64,000 bases of DNA from Flavobacteriia bacterium (GCA_013298525.1 JAAFHW010000004.1:479-64478), one strand, 5' to 3'. Positions 18,330 to 28,624 are shown, counted from the first letter of the stretch. Numbers and translations are program-made. Notes: a model not told the origin generated them from the letters alone.

Positions 18330-20780
18330 TTACGAACCACACATTTCACAGTCGTCCGGACCAGCATTTTTTGCCATTTCAATCATTGCTCTGTATTCTT
18401 CGGCTGTCATTTCTACCGGTTCGTTTAGTACTGCAATTGGTTGTAATGGTTCAGTGATAGCATTTATTTCTGCTGCAGGTTGCTCTTGAACTTCAATTGG
18501 TTCGGCTTTTTTATCATTATTTAAAGTAAACTTGATGGCATCAACCGCAGCTTTTGTTCTTAAGTAATACATTCCTGTTTTTAAACCTGATTTCCATGCG
18601 TAGAAATGCATCGAAGTCAATTTAGCATAATTAGCATCTTGCATAAACAAGTTCAACGATTGCGATTGGTCAATAAAGTAACCTCTTTGACGACTCATAT
18701 CGATGATGTCTTTCATAGACATTTCCCAAACTGTTTTGTAAAGTTCTTTCAAATCTTGTGGTACTGATTCTATATTTTGAACCGAACCATTGTGACGCAT
18801 AATTTCTTGCTTCAAGGTTTCGTTCCACAATCCTCTTTCTACTAAATCATTTAGTAAATGTTTGTTAACTACGATGAATTCTCCTGAAAGTACTCTTCTT
18901 GTGTAAATATTAGAAGTGTAAGGTTCAAAAGCTTCGTTGTTTCCAAGAATTTGTGATGTTGAAGCCGTTGGCATTGGCGCTACTAACAATGAATTTCTAA
19001 CACCATTTGCTAAAACTTCTTTTCTCAAACCTGCCCAATCCCATCTTCCAGAAAGTTCTTCGTCTTTAATATTCCATAAATTATGTTGGAATTCACCTTT
19101 AGAAATCGGCGAACCTTCATAAGAAGAATAAGGTCCTTCTTGTTTAGCCAATTCCATAGAAGCAGTTACTGCTGCAAAGTATAATGTTTCAAAAATATCT
19201 TGATTCAATTGTTTTGCTTCGTCACTTGTAAATGGCATTCTCATCATGATAAAAGCATCTGCCAAACCTTGAACACCAAGACCAACAGGACGATGACGCA
19301 TGTTAGAATTTTCAGCTTCTTTTACTGGATAGTAATTTCTGTCGATTACTTTATTTAAGTTTCTTGTTACACGTTTAGTTACATTGAAAAGTAACTCGTG
19401 ATTGAATTTTCCGTTTTCAACAAACATTGGTAATGAAATAGAAGCCAAGTTACAAACTGCAACTTCATCTGCAGAAGTATATTCCATAATTTCAGTACAC
19501 AAGTTAGACGAACGAATAGTTCCCAAATTCTTTTGGTTTGATTTTCTGTTCGCTGCATCTTTATACAACATATATGGTGTTCCAGTTTCAATTTGTGATT
19601 CTAGAATTTTCTCCCAAAGTTCACGTGCTTTTACTGTTTTTCTTCCTTTTCCTTGTGCTTCATACGAAGTATATAATGCTTCAAATTCATCACCATAAAC
19701 ATTGTCTAATCCTGGACATTCGTTTGGACACATTAAAGTCCAAGTTGAATCTGCTTCTACACGTTTCATGAACAAATCTGATGTCCACATTGCGAAGAAT
19801 AAATCTCTAGCACGCATTTCTTCTTTTCCTGTATTTTTTTTCAAATCCAAGAAATCGAAAATATCGGCATGCCAAGTTTCTAGGTAAATCGCAAAACTTC
19901 CTTTACGTTTTCCTCCACCTTGATCTACATAACGTGCAGTATCATTGAATACTCTCAACATCGGAACAATTCCGTTTGAAGTTCCATTTGTACCACGAAT
20001 ATAAGAACCAGTTGCACGAACATTGTGAATAGCTAATCCAATTCCACCAGCTGATTGCGAAATTTTTGCCGTTTGTTTCAACGTATCGTAAATTCCATCA
20101 ATGCTATCATCTTTCATAGTTAATAAAAAACAAGATGACATTTGAGGTTTTGGAGTTCCTGCGTTGAACAATGTTGGCGTTGCGTGCGTAAAGAATTTTT
20201 TCGACATTAAATCGTAAGTTTCAATAACTGATTCAAGGTCGTTTAAGTGAATTCCAACAGAAACACGCATTAACATATGTTGTGGTCTTTCAACAATTTT
20301 ACCGTTGATTTTTAATAAATACGAACGCTCTAAGGTTTTGAAACCAAAATAATCGTAGTTAAAATCACGGTTATATATAATGTGAGAATTTAAAAATTCT
20401 GCATTTTCTTGAATTACATTGTGAACTTCTTCCGAAAGCAATGGCGCTTCTTGATTGGTTCTTGGATTTACATAATGATACATTTCATTCATCGTTTCAG
20501 AGAATGATTTGTTGGTGTTTTTATGTAAATTTGATATAGCGATTCTTGCTGCTAATTGAGCGTAATCAGGATGCGAAATCGTCATTGACGCTGCTGTTTC
20601 TGCTGCAAGATTATCTAATTCTGACGTAGTTACTCCATCATACAATCCTTCAATCACACGCATGGCTACTTTTACAGCATCTACTCTGTCATTTAAACCA
20701 TAACATAGTTTTTTAATTCTATCGGTGATTTTGTCAAACATTACCGGCTCTTTGTGGCCGTCTCTTTTTACTACGTACAT
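18330..20780 (-). CDS. nrdA: Ribonucleoside-diphosphate reductase, alpha subunit (class Ia)
   Basis: ATP-cone N-terminus ([16 protein letters not shown]), catalytic NLCTEI, C-terminal CEMCGS tail. Confidence 0.95.
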   Translation of the reverse strand: MYVVKRDGHKEPVMFDKITDRIKKLCYGLNDRVDAVKVAMRVIEGLYDGVTTSELDNLAAETAASMTISHPDYAQLAARIAISNLHKNTNKSFSETMNEMYHYVNPRTNQEAPLLSEEVHNVIQENAEFLNSHIIYNRDFNYDYFGFKTLERSYLLKINGKIVERPQHMLMRVSVGIHLNDLESVIETYDLMSKKFFTHATPTLFNAGTPKPQMSSCFLLTMKDDSIDGIYDTLKQTAKISQSAGGIGLAIHNVRATGSYIRGTNGTSNGIVPMLRVFNDTARYVDQGGGKRKGSFAIYLETWHADIFDFLDLKKNTGKEEMRARDLFFAMWTSDLFMKRVEADSTWTLMCPNECPGLDNVYGDEFEALYTSYEAQGKGRKTVKARELWEKILESQIETGTPYMLYKDAANRKSNQKNLGTIRSSNLCTEIMEYTSADEVAVCNLASISLPMFVENGKFNHELLFNVTKRVTRNLNKVIDRNYYPVKEAENSNMRHRPVGLGVQGLADAFIMMRMPFTSDEAKQLNQDIFETLYFAAVTASMELAKQEGPYSSYEGSPISKGEFQHNLWNIKDEELSGRWDWAGLRKEVLANGVRNSLLVAPMPTASTSQILGNNEAFEPYTSNIYTRRVLSGEFIVVNKHLLNDLVERGLWNETLKQEIMRHNGSVQNIESVPQDLKELYKTVWEMSMKDIIDMSRQRGYFIDQSQSLNLFMQDANYAKLTSMHFYAWKSGLKTGMYYLRTKAAVDAIKFTLNNDKKAEPIEVQEQPAAEINAITEPLQPIAVLNEPVEMTAEEYRAMIEMAKNAGPDDCEMCGS

Positions 20781-20840
20781 AAGTTTTAAGTTTTTGTGAA
20801 ATAGAAAATCCCTTCGCTATTTCGGGTTATTTGTAATATG

Positions 20841-20859
20841 TGCTGAACTAGTTTCAGCA
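20841..20859. repeat. Short palindromic hairpin, inverted variant of the CTGAAACAAGTTCAG element
   Basis: TGCTGAA-CTAGT-TTCAGCA. One mismatch from the reverse complement of the 15-mer found at 20901 and 35385. Confidence 0.7.
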
Positions 20860-20897
20860 TCTGTTTTTTGGAAAATATTATTCTTAGATTTTAAAAG

Positions 20898-20918
20898 AAT
20901 CTGAAACAAGTTCAGATT
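20898..20918. repeat. Palindromic hairpin AATCTGAA-ACAAG-TTCAGATT overlapping the nrdB stop codon
   Basis: 8-bp stem. The core 15-mer CTGAAACAAGTTCAG (20901-20915) is identical to 35385-35399. Confidence 0.75.
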
Positions 20919-21894
20919 AAAAATCAGCGTCGAAACTAATTTTGCTTGCTTCAGAATCAGAATTCATTACACCAGCTTTTTGGTATTCTGCTACACGTTT
21001 TTCAAAGAAATTAGTTTTTCCTTGTAGCGAAATCATATCCATAAAATCGAAAGGATTTGAAGAGTTATATACTCTTTCGCAGCCTAATTCTACTAATAAT
21101 CTATCGGTAACAAATTCTAAATATTGTGTCATCAAAGTTGCGTTCATTCCTATAAGACTTGCAGGAAGTGATTCAGTGATGAATTTTCTTTCTATGTTTA
21201 AAGCGTCAGTTAAAATATCTGTGATTCTTGCTTTAGGAACTTTATTTACTAAATGGTGGTTGTGTAAATGCACAGCAAAATCACAATGCATTCCTTCGTC
21301 ACGAGAAATTAATTCGTTTGAAAAAGTTAAACCTGGCATTAAACCACGTTTTTTCAACCAGAAAATTGAACAAAATGAACCTGAGAAGAAAATTCCTTCT
21401 ACAGCTGCAAAAGCAATCAATCTTTCTGCAAAAGAATCTGATTCTATCCATTTTAAAGCCCATTCTGCTTTGTCTTTAATGGCAGGAAAAGTTTCGATGG
21501 CATGAAAAAGTTCGTGTTTTTCTGCTTCGTCTTTTACATAAGTATCTATCAATAACGAATAAGTTTCGCTATGAATGTTTTCCATCATGATTTGAAATCC
21601 GTAGAAAAACTTTGCTTCTGGATATTGTACTTCGCTTACAAAATTTTCTGCAAGGTTTTCGTTTACAATTCCATCAGATGCTGCGAAGAACGCAAGAATG
21701 TGTTTGATGAAGTATTTTTCATCAGCATTCAACTTATTATTCCAATCATTCAAATCGGTGTGTAAGTCAATTTCTTCAGCAGTCCAAATGCAAGCTTCTT
21801 GTTTTTTATACCATTCCCAAATATCTTGATGCTTAATTGGGAAAATTACAAAGCGATCTTTATTTTCTTGAAGGATTGGTTCTACGAAAGACAT
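20917..21894 (-). CDS. nrdB: Ribonucleoside-diphosphate reductase, beta subunit
   Basis: Di-iron/tyrosyl radical protein pattern ([25 protein letters not shown]), 325 aa. Confidence 0.95.
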   Translation of the reverse strand: MSFVEPILQENKDRFVIFPIKHQDIWEWYKKQEACIWTAEEIDLHTDLNDWNNKLNADEKYFIKHILAFFAASDGIVNENLAENFVSEVQYPEAKFFYGFQIMMENIHSETYSLLIDTYVKDEAEKHELFHAIETFPAIKDKAEWALKWIESDSFAERLIAFAAVEGIFFSGSFCSIFWLKKRGLMPGLTFSNELISRDEGMHCDFAVHLHNHHLVNKVPKARITDILTDALNIERKFITESLPASLIGMNATLMTQYLEFVTDRLLVELGCERVYNSSNPFDFMDMISLQGKTNFFEKRVAEYQKAGVMNSDSEASKISFDADF

Positions 21895-22170
21895 AATTAT
21901 GGTTTTTATTAAGGTTTTTTTAACTTATTTCAACTGTTACAAAGATTGATAATTTTAAACGAAAAAGAAAGTCAAAGTTATTGACAATCGGCTTTAGTTT
22001 TTAACAATGTGTAGGAATACTACTAATTTTTACTTTTTCATAACTATTTGTTTAACAATAGTTTACAAACGTCAAAAAATGAAAAAACCCCTAAAAACAA
22101 GGGATTTATAAATTTTTACGATAAGTTTTCGTAATGTTTTTGAAAGGAAATTTTAAGTAAAAAATTAAAC

Positions 22171-22210
22171 AAAAAATGCAACTTTCGATAGGTTGAAAGT
22201 TGCATTTTTA
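22171..22210. terminator. Bidirectional terminator downstream of the lysine-rich protein gene
   Basis: A-run, ATGCAACTTTC (22176-22186), loop, GAAAGTTGCAT (22195-22205), T-run. Confidence 0.7.
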
Positions 22211-22232
22211 AATTTTCTAAGAATAGAAAGAT

Positions 22233-22889
22233 TTACTCTTCTTGCTCAGCATCAATATACGTTTTGTTTCCGTTTTTATTGATGTAATATTTTCCACCTC
22301 TTGGTCCAGTGAATACTTTTTTACCTTTATATTTTCCAGTTACTTTATCAGCAACTTTTTTCTCTGCAGTTTTAGAAGCTGCAGTTTCTTTCATATCTTC
22401 TTTTTCTTCAGCTGCAGTTTTTTTAACTTTAGCTGCAGTTTTATTTGCAGTAGCTTTTGCTTTTCCTTCAGTAGCTTTCGCTTTTCCAGTTGCAGAAGCT
22501 TTAGTTTCTTTAGCTTTTGACTCAGCATCTTTGAAACGTTTGTCTACAGTTCCGTCTTTTTTAAGTTTTGAAGCTTTTTCTTCTGTTTCTTTTTTAGCTT
22601 TTGAAGTTTTAGCTTTTGCGTCTTTTGTAGTTTTAGTTGCTTTTTCTTCTACTTCTTTTTTAGCTTTAGAAGTTTTTGCTTTAGCATCTTTTTCTGTTTT
22701 TTTAGCTGCTTTTTCTGCATCTTTCTTAGCTTTAGCTTTCTCTTCTTTTAGTTTGTCAGCTTTTTCTTTTTTAGCTTTTACTGCTTTTTCAGTTTTAGCT
22801 TTAGTTTTTGATGCTTTTTCTTTTACATCTTGTGCAAAAGTTGTGTTTGAGAAAATAAACACTAAGCATAATAAAATTAGTTTTTTCAT
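22233..22889 (-). CDS. Secreted lysine/alanine/glutamate-rich repeat protein with a basic GPRGGKYY C-terminal motif
   Basis: Signal peptide MKKLILLCLVFIFSNTTFAQ. Repeats KDAKAKTSKAKKE(V/T)EEKA(T/S)K with 66-nt DNA periodicity (about 22572-22692). C-terminus KGKKVFTGPRGGKYYINKNGNKTYI. Confidence 0.7.
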   Translation of the reverse strand: MKKLILLCLVFIFSNTTFAQDVKEKASKTKAKTEKAVKAKKEKADKLKEEKAKAKKDAEKAAKKTEKDAKAKTSKAKKEVEEKATKTTKDAKAKTSKAKKETEEKASKLKKDGTVDKRFKDAESKAKETKASATGKAKATEGKAKATANKTAAKVKKTAAEEKEDMKETAASKTAEKKVADKVTGKYKGKKVFTGPRGGKYYINKNGNKTYIDAEQEE

Positions 22890-22989
22890 TGTGAATTCTT
22901 AATTAGGTTATTAAAGTTTAAAATTAACGAATTAATTCTAAACAACAATTATTCCAATATTATTTTTTTTATGTAGAACTATGTTTACA

Positions 22990-25900
22990 CTAAAAGAATG
23001 CTCTCAATTGAACATTTCCTGTATGAATAGCATTGCTAGTATCAGATTTTCGTCCTTGATAGTTAATGTTGATGTCCAAATATTGGGTTAGATTTTTCTG
23101 CAAAAGTAAGCGCCAAGTACTATTTTTTCCGGGTTGCAAACCTTCAAGCATTTGAAAAGCAACAGGTGAAAGTGCGTTTCCAATGAACTCATTGTTATAA
23201 AGCGAGAATTCTCCATTGGCTGTGAATTTATTGTCGCTTGAATAATTAAACGAAATTCCGAAGCGTTGTTGTTTTAAAGATTCAAGTAAGTTTATGATGT
23301 TTTCTTTGTTTTTGTATTCATAAAAAAGCGACAAACTTTTATTGTTCGAAAATAAATAGGAGATTTTGGGTTCTACAGCATAAGAATTCAATTCAAAGTT
23401 TCGTGTGGCATAATTATCTGAAATACTTTCGGAGTTTGAAACAGAAGAATCCAAATTAAATAACCAACTTTTTTTCACTAAATGTGCATATTGCAACTGA
23501 TTGGATTGTGTTGTGTTTTCTTGTGAACCGATAGACAACAACGTTTTTACTCGTCCATTTAAATGAGTGTATGTTAATGAGTGACGTTGCTTGCCTCGAT
23601 TATAAAACAAACTATTTCTAAAATTGGTATTGAGTCCAAGTAAATTATCTTCGCTAGTTGAAAACGGATTTAGATTAAAATTATCGGTATCTCGTTGAAT
23701 TTTTCTGTCTAATGAAAATGAAGTTTGGTTATAAAAATAGGAGAGTAGTTTCTTGAAACCTTTATTGTTAATCCATTTAGATGGACTTAAAGTTACCGAC
23801 TGTGAAAATTTATTTTGATGTGTTTTTACAAAAATTTGATTTGGAAGAAAAACACGAACGTACTTGGCTTGATCTGGAAAAGCAGCGATTTCAAACTCTT
23901 GAAGTTCTTGAATTCCGTTGTTGTTGTAATCATTCCACATGTAAACTCCTTGTCCGGGATTGACCTCTAAATAAGTGAATTCTTGTTGAGCAATGGTTCC
24001 TGAAGCAGTTTCGTATGCAACAGTGGTTTGAATTAACTGATTGAAAAAATTATCATTGTAAAGCAATCTAGAATTCAATGATGGTTCTGTTGGAATCGTT
24101 GCATCGGTATATTTTAATCTTCGATAATTTACAAAAAGCGATAAGTTAGTTTTCTTATTTTGAATTAATTTTGATTTCAAATAATAAGAATCAGATGAGT
24201 TTACACGTTGTAGCATTCCCGATTGTAAACTGTCGTTTTTTCGATTTAAATAGCCAATTTCAGTGTAAACTTTTGTACTATCACCACGACCAATAAACGC
24301 TCCATATTCAGAAAAACGTTGACTTAAAGTGGAGAATTGATTTGTGGCAACCAATTGTTCCTGATTGTCTTCAAGGTTAAAACTTCCTCCAATCCAATTC
24401 TTTTTAAAATGTAATTTTGCTCTTGTTTGATTTCGGACAAAGTCAGTATTTGAAATAGTCCCGGAGCTTTTCATGAAACTAGAATTTTGCTGAACAACTA
24501 ATTTTTTATGTTTGAAACTTCCTTGAACAATATGTCGTGTTCCTGAAAAATTATTGGTAAAATTTAGTTTTTCTAGTTGATATTTAGCAAATCCTTTGGT
24601 TTTAAAATCAAAATTTAAACCTGAAACCAACAAACTTTGATTGCCTGAAATGGTTGTTAAATTCCAATCACGATTGAATTCTATATTGAATAATCGTTCA
24701 ATAGTCTTGAAATTTTGTTGCACTAACTGATAATTAGCAAAAGCATCAAGATTATATTTTCCTGAATAAAGTCTCTGTTTTCCATTGATTTTTGTTGCAA
24801 TTCCTCTGTTGTTATTGTCGTCAATGGTTGAATAAAGATTCAAATCGTTGTTGCTAACTCCTAGTTCAAAATCAATTGCGGTTTTTTCATTTGGTTTATA
24901 ACTTCCTAAAATTGTAGCGATTTGAATTTTTGTTGGAGCAATCAATCGTGTTATTGGTTCATAATTTCCTTGTGGAATTCCGGCAATTGGAGCAACATAT
25001 TCGTAGATTTTCCCAACGGCATTGTTGTTTGCTAAAACGTAATTTCCTAAGTTATTTCCAACCAATGAAAATCGTACATTATATAAGGTATCATTTGCAT
25101 CATTTGCATATTGAAAAACTTCAACACCACCAATAATGACTTTTTCATACAAAACTTTATTTTCAGAATAAGAATCTTCATAAGCTGATGGAGCAGTCAT
25201 TAAATTGGAATCATCTCCAGCATTTTTGAGAACTTCAACTTGTTCACCAGATAAATTTTGTTGCAATGGTTGATTTTTTACATCATTTTCAGAATATAAA
25301 AATCCGCCAATAGACCATTTTTTTGTTTGATGATTTGCACCACCATAGGTTACAAATCGAGTAAAATTTCTATCAGAATATTGGTATTCAATCACAATTC
25401 GCATTTCGGAAGTAATAGGAAATAGAGAAGTAAAGATGATTTCTCCTGCATTATAATCGATTATGTAATCGTTGTTTTCACCTCTTTTTAATAAAATTCC
25501 ATTTACAAAAACGCGTTCTGAACCCGAAATTACTAATACAAATAATTCTCCATTAGCACCACGCAATTTATATGGACCTTGATTTCCTTCTTGTCCAGTG
25601 AAATTGCTTTTTGCATATTGACCACGAACAACAGCGCCAGAGGCAAAGACTTCAGTTTTATTTTGAGGTGTTCCAAAAGTGAATTTTGAAGATAATCCTT
25701 GAACTTTTTTGTTAAAATTTAAAAACTTAGATTGTCTGTTTTCAAGAAATAAATCACCAGCGCGAATACTCCATTTGTCTGAAAATAATTCGATAAATAT
25801 TTGGTCAAATTCGTCTAAGGTTTGCGAATAGCCACCTGCTTGCAAAGGAATATTACTATCTTGAATAGAAGCACGAAGCGAAACTTTATTGGAAATTTTA

Positions 25901-26391
25901 CCTGTAATTTGCAAATCAAGATTAGAATTTACTGTCGAGTTTTGATTGTTTCCAACCGTAATTCCACGAGTTATACTTCCCGAAGTATTTAATCCGTCGA
26001 AGGGTTTGAAAGTTTTTAGATTGTCTCTTTTTACAGTGTATAAATTTCCAGCTTCGTTTGAAACCACTCGTTTTTCATCATAAATAGAATAGGTTTTGGT
26101 AAGAAATTCAGGAAACTTTAAATAACGAATGGTCAATGAATCTTGAGAAACGTAATTGTTTTTGAAAATCAATTTTGAGTTTTGAAAATCTACTTTATAA
26201 TAGGAAGAGTCGATTTCGATTCCTTGTTTATTAATGATTTTGAAGAATGATTTATTGATGCTAACGTTATCAATAGTGATGGTATCTTTAGAAAAAACTA
26301 TTTTTTTGTTTTTATATGGGGTTTCTATTTCCTGAGCAAAAATGCCCGAAAAACATAACAATAACATCCATAAAAAACTATTTTTTAACAT
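22990..26391 (-). CDS. Large uncharacterised outer-membrane protein (1133 aa), probable beta-barrel
   Basis: Signal peptide, pervasive alternating hydrophobic/polar strands rich in N/S/Y/F, C-terminal ...VQLRAFF. No family recognised. Confidence 0.7.
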   Translation of the reverse strand: MLKNSFLWMLLLCFSGIFAQEIETPYKNKKIVFSKDTITIDNVSINKSFFKIINKQGIEIDSSYYKVDFQNSKLIFKNNYVSQDSLTIRYLKFPEFLTKTYSIYDEKRVVSNEAGNLYTVKRDNLKTFKPFDGLNTSGSITRGITVGNNQNSTVNSNLDLQITGKISNKVSLRASIQDSNIPLQAGGYSQTLDEFDQIFIELFSDKWSIRAGDLFLENRQSKFLNFNKKVQGLSSKFTFGTPQNKTEVFASGAVVRGQYAKSNFTGQEGNQGPYKLRGANGELFVLVISGSERVFVNGILLKRGENNDYIIDYNAGEIIFTSLFPITSEMRIVIEYQYSDRNFTRFVTYGGANHQTKKWSIGGFLYSENDVKNQPLQQNLSGEQVEVLKNAGDDSNLMTAPSAYEDSYSENKVLYEKVIIGGVEVFQYANDANDTLYNVRFSLVGNNLGNYVLANNNAVGKIYEYVAPIAGIPQGNYEPITRLIAPTKIQIATILGSYKPNEKTAIDFELGVSNNDLNLYSTIDDNNNRGIATKINGKQRLYSGKYNLDAFANYQLVQQNFKTIERLFNIEFNRDWNLTTISGNQSLLVSGLNFDFKTKGFAKYQLEKLNFTNNFSGTRHIVQGSFKHKKLVVQQNSSFMKSSGTISNTDFVRNQTRAKLHFKKNWIGGSFNLEDNQEQLVATNQFSTLSQRFSEYGAFIGRGDSTKVYTEIGYLNRKNDSLQSGMLQRVNSSDSYYLKSKLIQNKKTNLSLFVNYRRLKYTDATIPTEPSLNSRLLYNDNFFNQLIQTTVAYETASGTIAQQEFTYLEVNPGQGVYMWNDYNNNGIQELQEFEIAAFPDQAKYVRVFLPNQIFVKTHQNKFSQSVTLSPSKWINNKGFKKLLSYFYNQTSFSLDRKIQRDTDNFNLNPFSTSEDNLLGLNTNFRNSLFYNRGKQRHSLTYTHLNGRVKTLLSIGSQENTTQSNQLQYAHLVKKSWLFNLDSSVSNSESISDNYATRNFELNSYAVEPKISYLFSNNKSLSLFYEYKNKENIINLLESLKQQRFGISFNYSSDNKFTANGEFSLYNNEFIGNALSPVAFQMLEGLQPGKNSTWRLLLQKNLTQYLDININYQGRKSDTSNAIHTGNVQLRAFF

Positions 26392-26464
26392 AAATAAGAT
26401 AACTCATAAATGTCAAAAGTAGTATTTATTATTGGAAAAATTTGGAGTGTAAGATAGATAAAGG

Positions 26465-26833
26465 TTACTGCTTTTTTTGGATGTAAAATTTTTCGACTTG
26501 AAAAAAGGCAATTATAAAAAGACTTGTTGCAATTATGTGATATAAAAAATCAAAAAATGAGTTTGAAGGAATAAAAACAGCAAGAAAATAACTAATTACA
26601 CCAGAAAATATCCCAATAATAAAACCAATTGCTAAGTTGAAAATTCTATTTTTTCTTGTAATAAAAAAGAAAAATAAAGCACTTGAAATGACGATTACTT
26701 GAAATCTAGCAAAAATACCGTCGTCTTTTCCTTGATAAAAAGGTTTGTCAAAAAGCTTGTATAAATCACGTAAAAAAATCACAACCAATGAAAGTAGAAC
26801 TAGAAAGACTATTATTTTTATTTTTCTTGACAT
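26465..26833 (-). CDS. Hypothetical small integral membrane protein
   Basis: Four hydrophobic segments. Its ATG overlaps the lysC stop (TAATG). Confidence 0.55.
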   Translation of the reverse strand: MSRKIKIIVFLVLLSLVVIFLRDLYKLFDKPFYQGKDDGIFARFQVIVISSALFFFFITRKNRIFNLAIGFIIGIFSGVISYFLAVFIPSNSFFDFLYHIIATSLFIIAFFQVEKFYIQKKQ

Positions 26834-28086
26834 TACTCTTTAGTAACAATCTGCATGGTTTCTCTGGAAATTTGTTTTACCAAAACGGTTTTGTCTTTTT
26901 CTACCATTTCTGCTGCTTCTTTAGAGAAATGACGAATGGTGTAAAGCGAAACATTTTCGTTATATGAAACTTTAAATTTCTTTGAAAGAATAGTTTTCAA
27001 TTCATTGAAATTCCCAAATTTATCTTCAATACAAATAGAAAAACTGATGGCTGTATTTTGAATTAAACTTACTTTGATTTTATATTTATGTAAAAGCGCA
27101 AAAATTTCACTGATATTTTCTTCCATAATAAAAGAGAAATCTATGGAGGAAAGAGAAATTAATAATTGGTTTTTCTTTACAATGAAACAAGAAGTTTTTG
27201 GCTCCAAATCAGCACCTTTAGATACCGAAGTTCCAGGTAACAAAGGGTTTATAAAGGATTTTACAAAAAGCGGAATTTCTTTTTTCTGTAAAGGTTGCAA
27301 CGTTTTTGGATGAATTACAGAAGCTCCATAAAATGCTAATTCTATTGCTTCACGATAAGAAATTTGATTCAACAAAATAGCATTTTCAAAATATCTTGGA
27401 TCGGCATTCATTACTCCAGGAACGTCTTTCCAAATAGTTACGCTTTCCGCACTCAAGCAATAAGCAAAAATTGCAGCTGTATAATCGGAACCTTCACGAC
27501 CTAAAGTTGTAGTGAAATTATTTTCGTCAGAACCTAAAAACCCTTGTGTAATGTTTAATGCTTTTTTCTTGATTCCTTTAGAAATCAATTTTTGAGTTTG
27601 TTCCCAATCTACATTGGCATCGCGGTAAGTGGCATCGGTTTTAATGAAATTTCTAACATCAATCCAGTTGTTTTTTAAACCTTGATGATTGAAAAAATAG
27701 CTAACAATTGTTGTAGAAACAATTTCTCCATAACTAATTACTTGGTCGTAAACGAAGTTGTAATTTGGAGATTTATTACTTCTCAAGAAATATTCTAAAT
27801 CGGCAAAATGACTATTTACAGCAAAGAAAACATCATGTTCTTCATCATCAAATAAGTCTAACAAAATTTGGTTGTGGTATTTTCTAACTTCTTGTAAGGA
27901 TGCATGAAATTCGTTAGATTTTTCAAAATAATTTTTGATTACAATTTCCAAAGCATTGGTTGTTTTTCCCATTGCGGAAATTACAATTAATACATCTTCA
28001 TGACCTACTTTTTGTAAAACATCAAAAACATTTTTTACACCATCGGCATCTTTCACTGATGCACCACCAAATTTAAATATTCTCAT
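26833..28086 (-). CDS. lysC: Aspartate kinase
   Basis: N-terminal KFGGASV, amino-acid kinase fold, C-terminal ACT-like region, 417 aa. Confidence 0.92.
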   Translation of the reverse strand: MRIFKFGGASVKDADGVKNVFDVLQKVGHEDVLIVISAMGKTTNALEIVIKNYFEKSNEFHASLQEVRKYHNQILLDLFDDEEHDVFFAVNSHFADLEYFLRSNKSPNYNFVYDQVISYGEIVSTTIVSYFFNHQGLKNNWIDVRNFIKTDATYRDANVDWEQTQKLISKGIKKKALNITQGFLGSDENNFTTTLGREGSDYTAAIFAYCLSAESVTIWKDVPGVMNADPRYFENAILLNQISYREAIELAFYGASVIHPKTLQPLQKKEIPLFVKSFINPLLPGTSVSKGADLEPKTSCFIVKKNQLLISLSSIDFSFIMEENISEIFALLHKYKIKVSLIQNTAISFSICIEDKFGNFNELKTILSKKFKVSYNENVSLYTIRHFSKEAAEMVEKDKTVLVKQISRETMQIVTKE

Positions 28087-28090
28087 TTTA

Positions 28091-28125
28091 ATTTCAGATT
28101 TCAGATTTCAGATTTCAGATTTTTA
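28091..28125. repeat. Heptamer tandem repeat (ATTTCAG) x4 plus one degenerate copy, directly upstream of the lysC start
   Basis: Read directly: ATTTCAG at 28091, 28098, 28105 and 28112, then ATTTTAG at 28119. Confidence 0.9.
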
Positions 28126-28153
28126 GTCTAAATAGAAATCAATTCTATGTTAT

Positions 28154-28624
28154 TTATTTTTTTAGAAATTCATTAATTCCATTTTCATCCATTTGAACAA
28201 CATCCCAATCATCAAGAATTTTTGCTCCACTTTTTTTATAAAATTCAATTGCAGGAGTGTTCCAATCTAGAACATTCCATTCAATTCTTCTCACGTTATC
28301 ACGTTTTCCTTGAGCTATGATTTCGCTGTAAAGCGCAAATCCTGCTCCGGTTCCGCGTTTGTTTTCTTTTACAATTAAATCTTCAAGGTGAATTGTTTTA
28401 CCTTTCCAAGTAGAATATCTGTAATAATAAAGTGCAATTCCGATGATTTGGCCATCGACTTCAGCTACAAAAGTATGAAACAAAGGGTTTTCTGCAAAAC
28501 CATCACGAATTAAATCGTCGACAGTTATAACAACGGCATCAGGTTCTTTTTCAAAAACGGCTAATTCTTTTATCAACTCTAAAACCGATGGCATGTCGTT
28601 AGGAGTTCCTTTTCTAATTATCAT
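28154..28624 (-). CDS. GNAT family N-acetyltransferase (diamine acetyltransferase-like)
   Basis: Motif RGTGAGFALY and a GNAT pattern. ATG at 28624 preferred over the upstream TTG. Confidence 0.85.
   Translation of the reverse strand: MIIRKGTPNDMPSVLELIKELAVFEKEPDAVVITVDDLIRDGFAENPLFHTFVAEVDGQIIGIALYYYRYSTWKGKTIHLEDLIVKENKRGTGAGFALYSEIIAQGKRDNVRRIEWNVLDWNTPAIEFYKKSGAKILDDWDVVQMDENGINEFLKK

Noticed and set aside
20942-21505. 187-aa plus-strand ORF
   Set aside because: It lies entirely antisense to nrdB, whose identity is unambiguous.
21895-22232. 338-bp nrdB upstream region as a riboswitch (cobalamin) or NrdR-box site
   Set aside because: I found no B12-box-like GCCACTG core on the sense strand and no pair of 16-bp NrdR-type palindromes. 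There is only a weak TAACTTTG box (21973-20980 region, minus strand) and an A/T palindrome AACTATTTGTT/AACAATAGTT. The region is too A/T-rich for a convincing structured RNA.
22242-22902. Long plus-strand ORFs (92 and 197 aa) opposite the lysine-rich protein gene
   Set aside because: They are reverse-complement artefacts of the AAA/GCT-rich repeat and translate to F/S/A low-complexity strings. The minus-strand ORF has a signal peptide and a sensible C-terminus.
28087-28153. Lysine riboswitch upstream of lysC
   Set aside because: The spacer is only 67 nt and is filled by a simple heptamer repeat, so it cannot accommodate the five-helix L-box.
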